Below, piece after piece: positions 31,603 through 32,000 of a stretch of 32,000 nt of DNA. The stretch is from an uncultured Candidatus Saccharimonas sp. (GTDB lineage Bacteria > Patescibacteriota > Saccharimonadia > Saccharimonadales > Saccharimonadaceae). The stretch lies in NCBI GenBank assembly GCA_963528875.1, contig CAURWT010000002.1, positions 1 to 32,000 of the forward strand, in the 5' to 3' direction. Both the position numbers and the translations under genes were made by a program. The stretch's first letter is position 1. Each line of letters starts with the position of its first letter. Below the pieces are notes generated by a model that had not been told where the DNA came from, made no database searches, and was given only the letters and a program-made list of their open reading frames with translations.

Positions 31603-32000
31603 TATTTTTCTCCTTTCTTAGATTTTTTCGAAATTACCTTTTTTAAGCTTTTCTTGGCTATCTTTTTCGAAACCGAAACTGCTTTTTTAGTATTTTTTTG
31701 AGTTTTCGAAATAGTTTTTTGCTTTTCAAAATCCTTAATTTGCATTTCAATTTCTTCATCAGAAAGCTGCGAAGATGCTATTTCGCGGTAAATTTCATTA
31801 TTTTTAAGAAGTTCACCATGAATACCAATTCCAACAATCTTTCCACCGTCTAAAACAATAATTTTATCGGCTTGCATAATTGAAGTTACTCGTTGAGCGA
31901 CAATAAACTTGGTTTGCGATTTAGTTTTTATAGCAAGTTCGGCACGAAGCTTAGCGTCGGTTTTATAATCAAGCGCAGAAAAGCTATCATCGAAAATTAA
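31602..32000 (-). CDS. ABC exporter partner subunit, C-terminal fragment with degenerate ATP site and Lys-rich tail (5' end outside window)
   Basis: The frame is open to the window edge: LIFDDSFSALDYKTDAKLRAEL ... KFIVAQRVTSIMQADKIIVLDGGKIVG, followed by a ~55-aa Lys-rich tail. TAATG overlap with the downstream subunit. The ORF-track start at 31877 is an internal Met. Confidence 0.88.
   Translation of the reverse strand, partial: LIFDDSFSALDYKTDAKLRAELAIKTKSQTKFIVAQRVTSIMQADKIIVLDGGKIVGIGIHGELLKNNEIYREIASSQLSDEEIEMQIKDFEKQKTISKTQKNTKKAVSVSKKIAKKSLKKVISKKSKKGEK

Noticed and set aside
1-32000. Alternative genetic code with TGA as a sense codon (table 4 or 25)
   Set aside because: All conserved proteins are full length under the standard code, with no TGA-induced breaks, and the tRNA-Trp anticodon is CCA. 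TGA looks avoided rather than reassigned; this is reported as a finding, not as a recoding call.
1-32000. Mobile elements, CRISPR arrays, prophage, toxin-antitoxin or known defence genes that could explain the operon rearrangement
   Set aside because: No transposase, integrase or recombinase motifs, no terminal inverted repeats, no regularly spaced direct repeats, and no recognisable defence domains appear in any ORF.

Overview
AT-rich (roughly mid-30s % GC by eye), densely packed bacterial chromosome segment with about 40 protein genes and one tRNA. The ribosomal cluster lacks L30, an LPXTG surface protein is present, GT4/GH57/GH15 glucan genes occur together, and there are several orphans. 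Together these suggest a reduced-genome Patescibacteria/CPR organism, plausibly Saccharibacteria-like; this taxonomic call is inference only. Layout, left to right: (1) the 3' end of an LPXTG protein. (2) A + strand operon of alpha/beta hydrolase, trpS, an RluA/RluD-type pseudouridine synthase, a holB-like gene and a TPR protein. (3) A - strand P-type ATPase and an orphan gene. (4) A membrane-anchored glycerophosphodiester phosphodiesterase. (5) rplF-rplR-rpsE-rplO. (6) An ABC-2 exporter, a 108-aa orphan and an OmpR/HisKA two-component pair. (7) rplC through rpsH, 14 genes. (8) A convergent - strand GT4-GH57-GH15 operon and a YgjP/DUF45-like metallopeptidase. (9) tRNA-Trp(CCA) followed by a small membrane ORF. 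(10) A 125-aa orphan. (11) A heterodimeric ABC exporter pair running off the right edge. I found no transposase, integrase, CRISPR array, rRNA or recognisable defence or toxin genes, and I cannot point to a clear-cut novel multi-gene system. The most unusual signals are: (i) a cut and cyclically permuted ribosomal-protein superoperon with an efflux/sensing module wedged at the junction; (ii) roughly 10-fold over-representation of the palindrome TTCGAA (often TTTCGAAA) in coding and non-coding DNA alike; (iii) no TGA among 40 scorable stop codons; (iv) six operon-first genes whose ATG sits 6-8 nt after an extended -10 box, implying leaderless mRNAs; (v) an A7-T9-G9 homopolymer block in front of an orphan gene; (vi) a membrane ORF next to tRNA-Trp interrupted by an in-frame TAG. 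All counts were made by hand and need computational confirmation.
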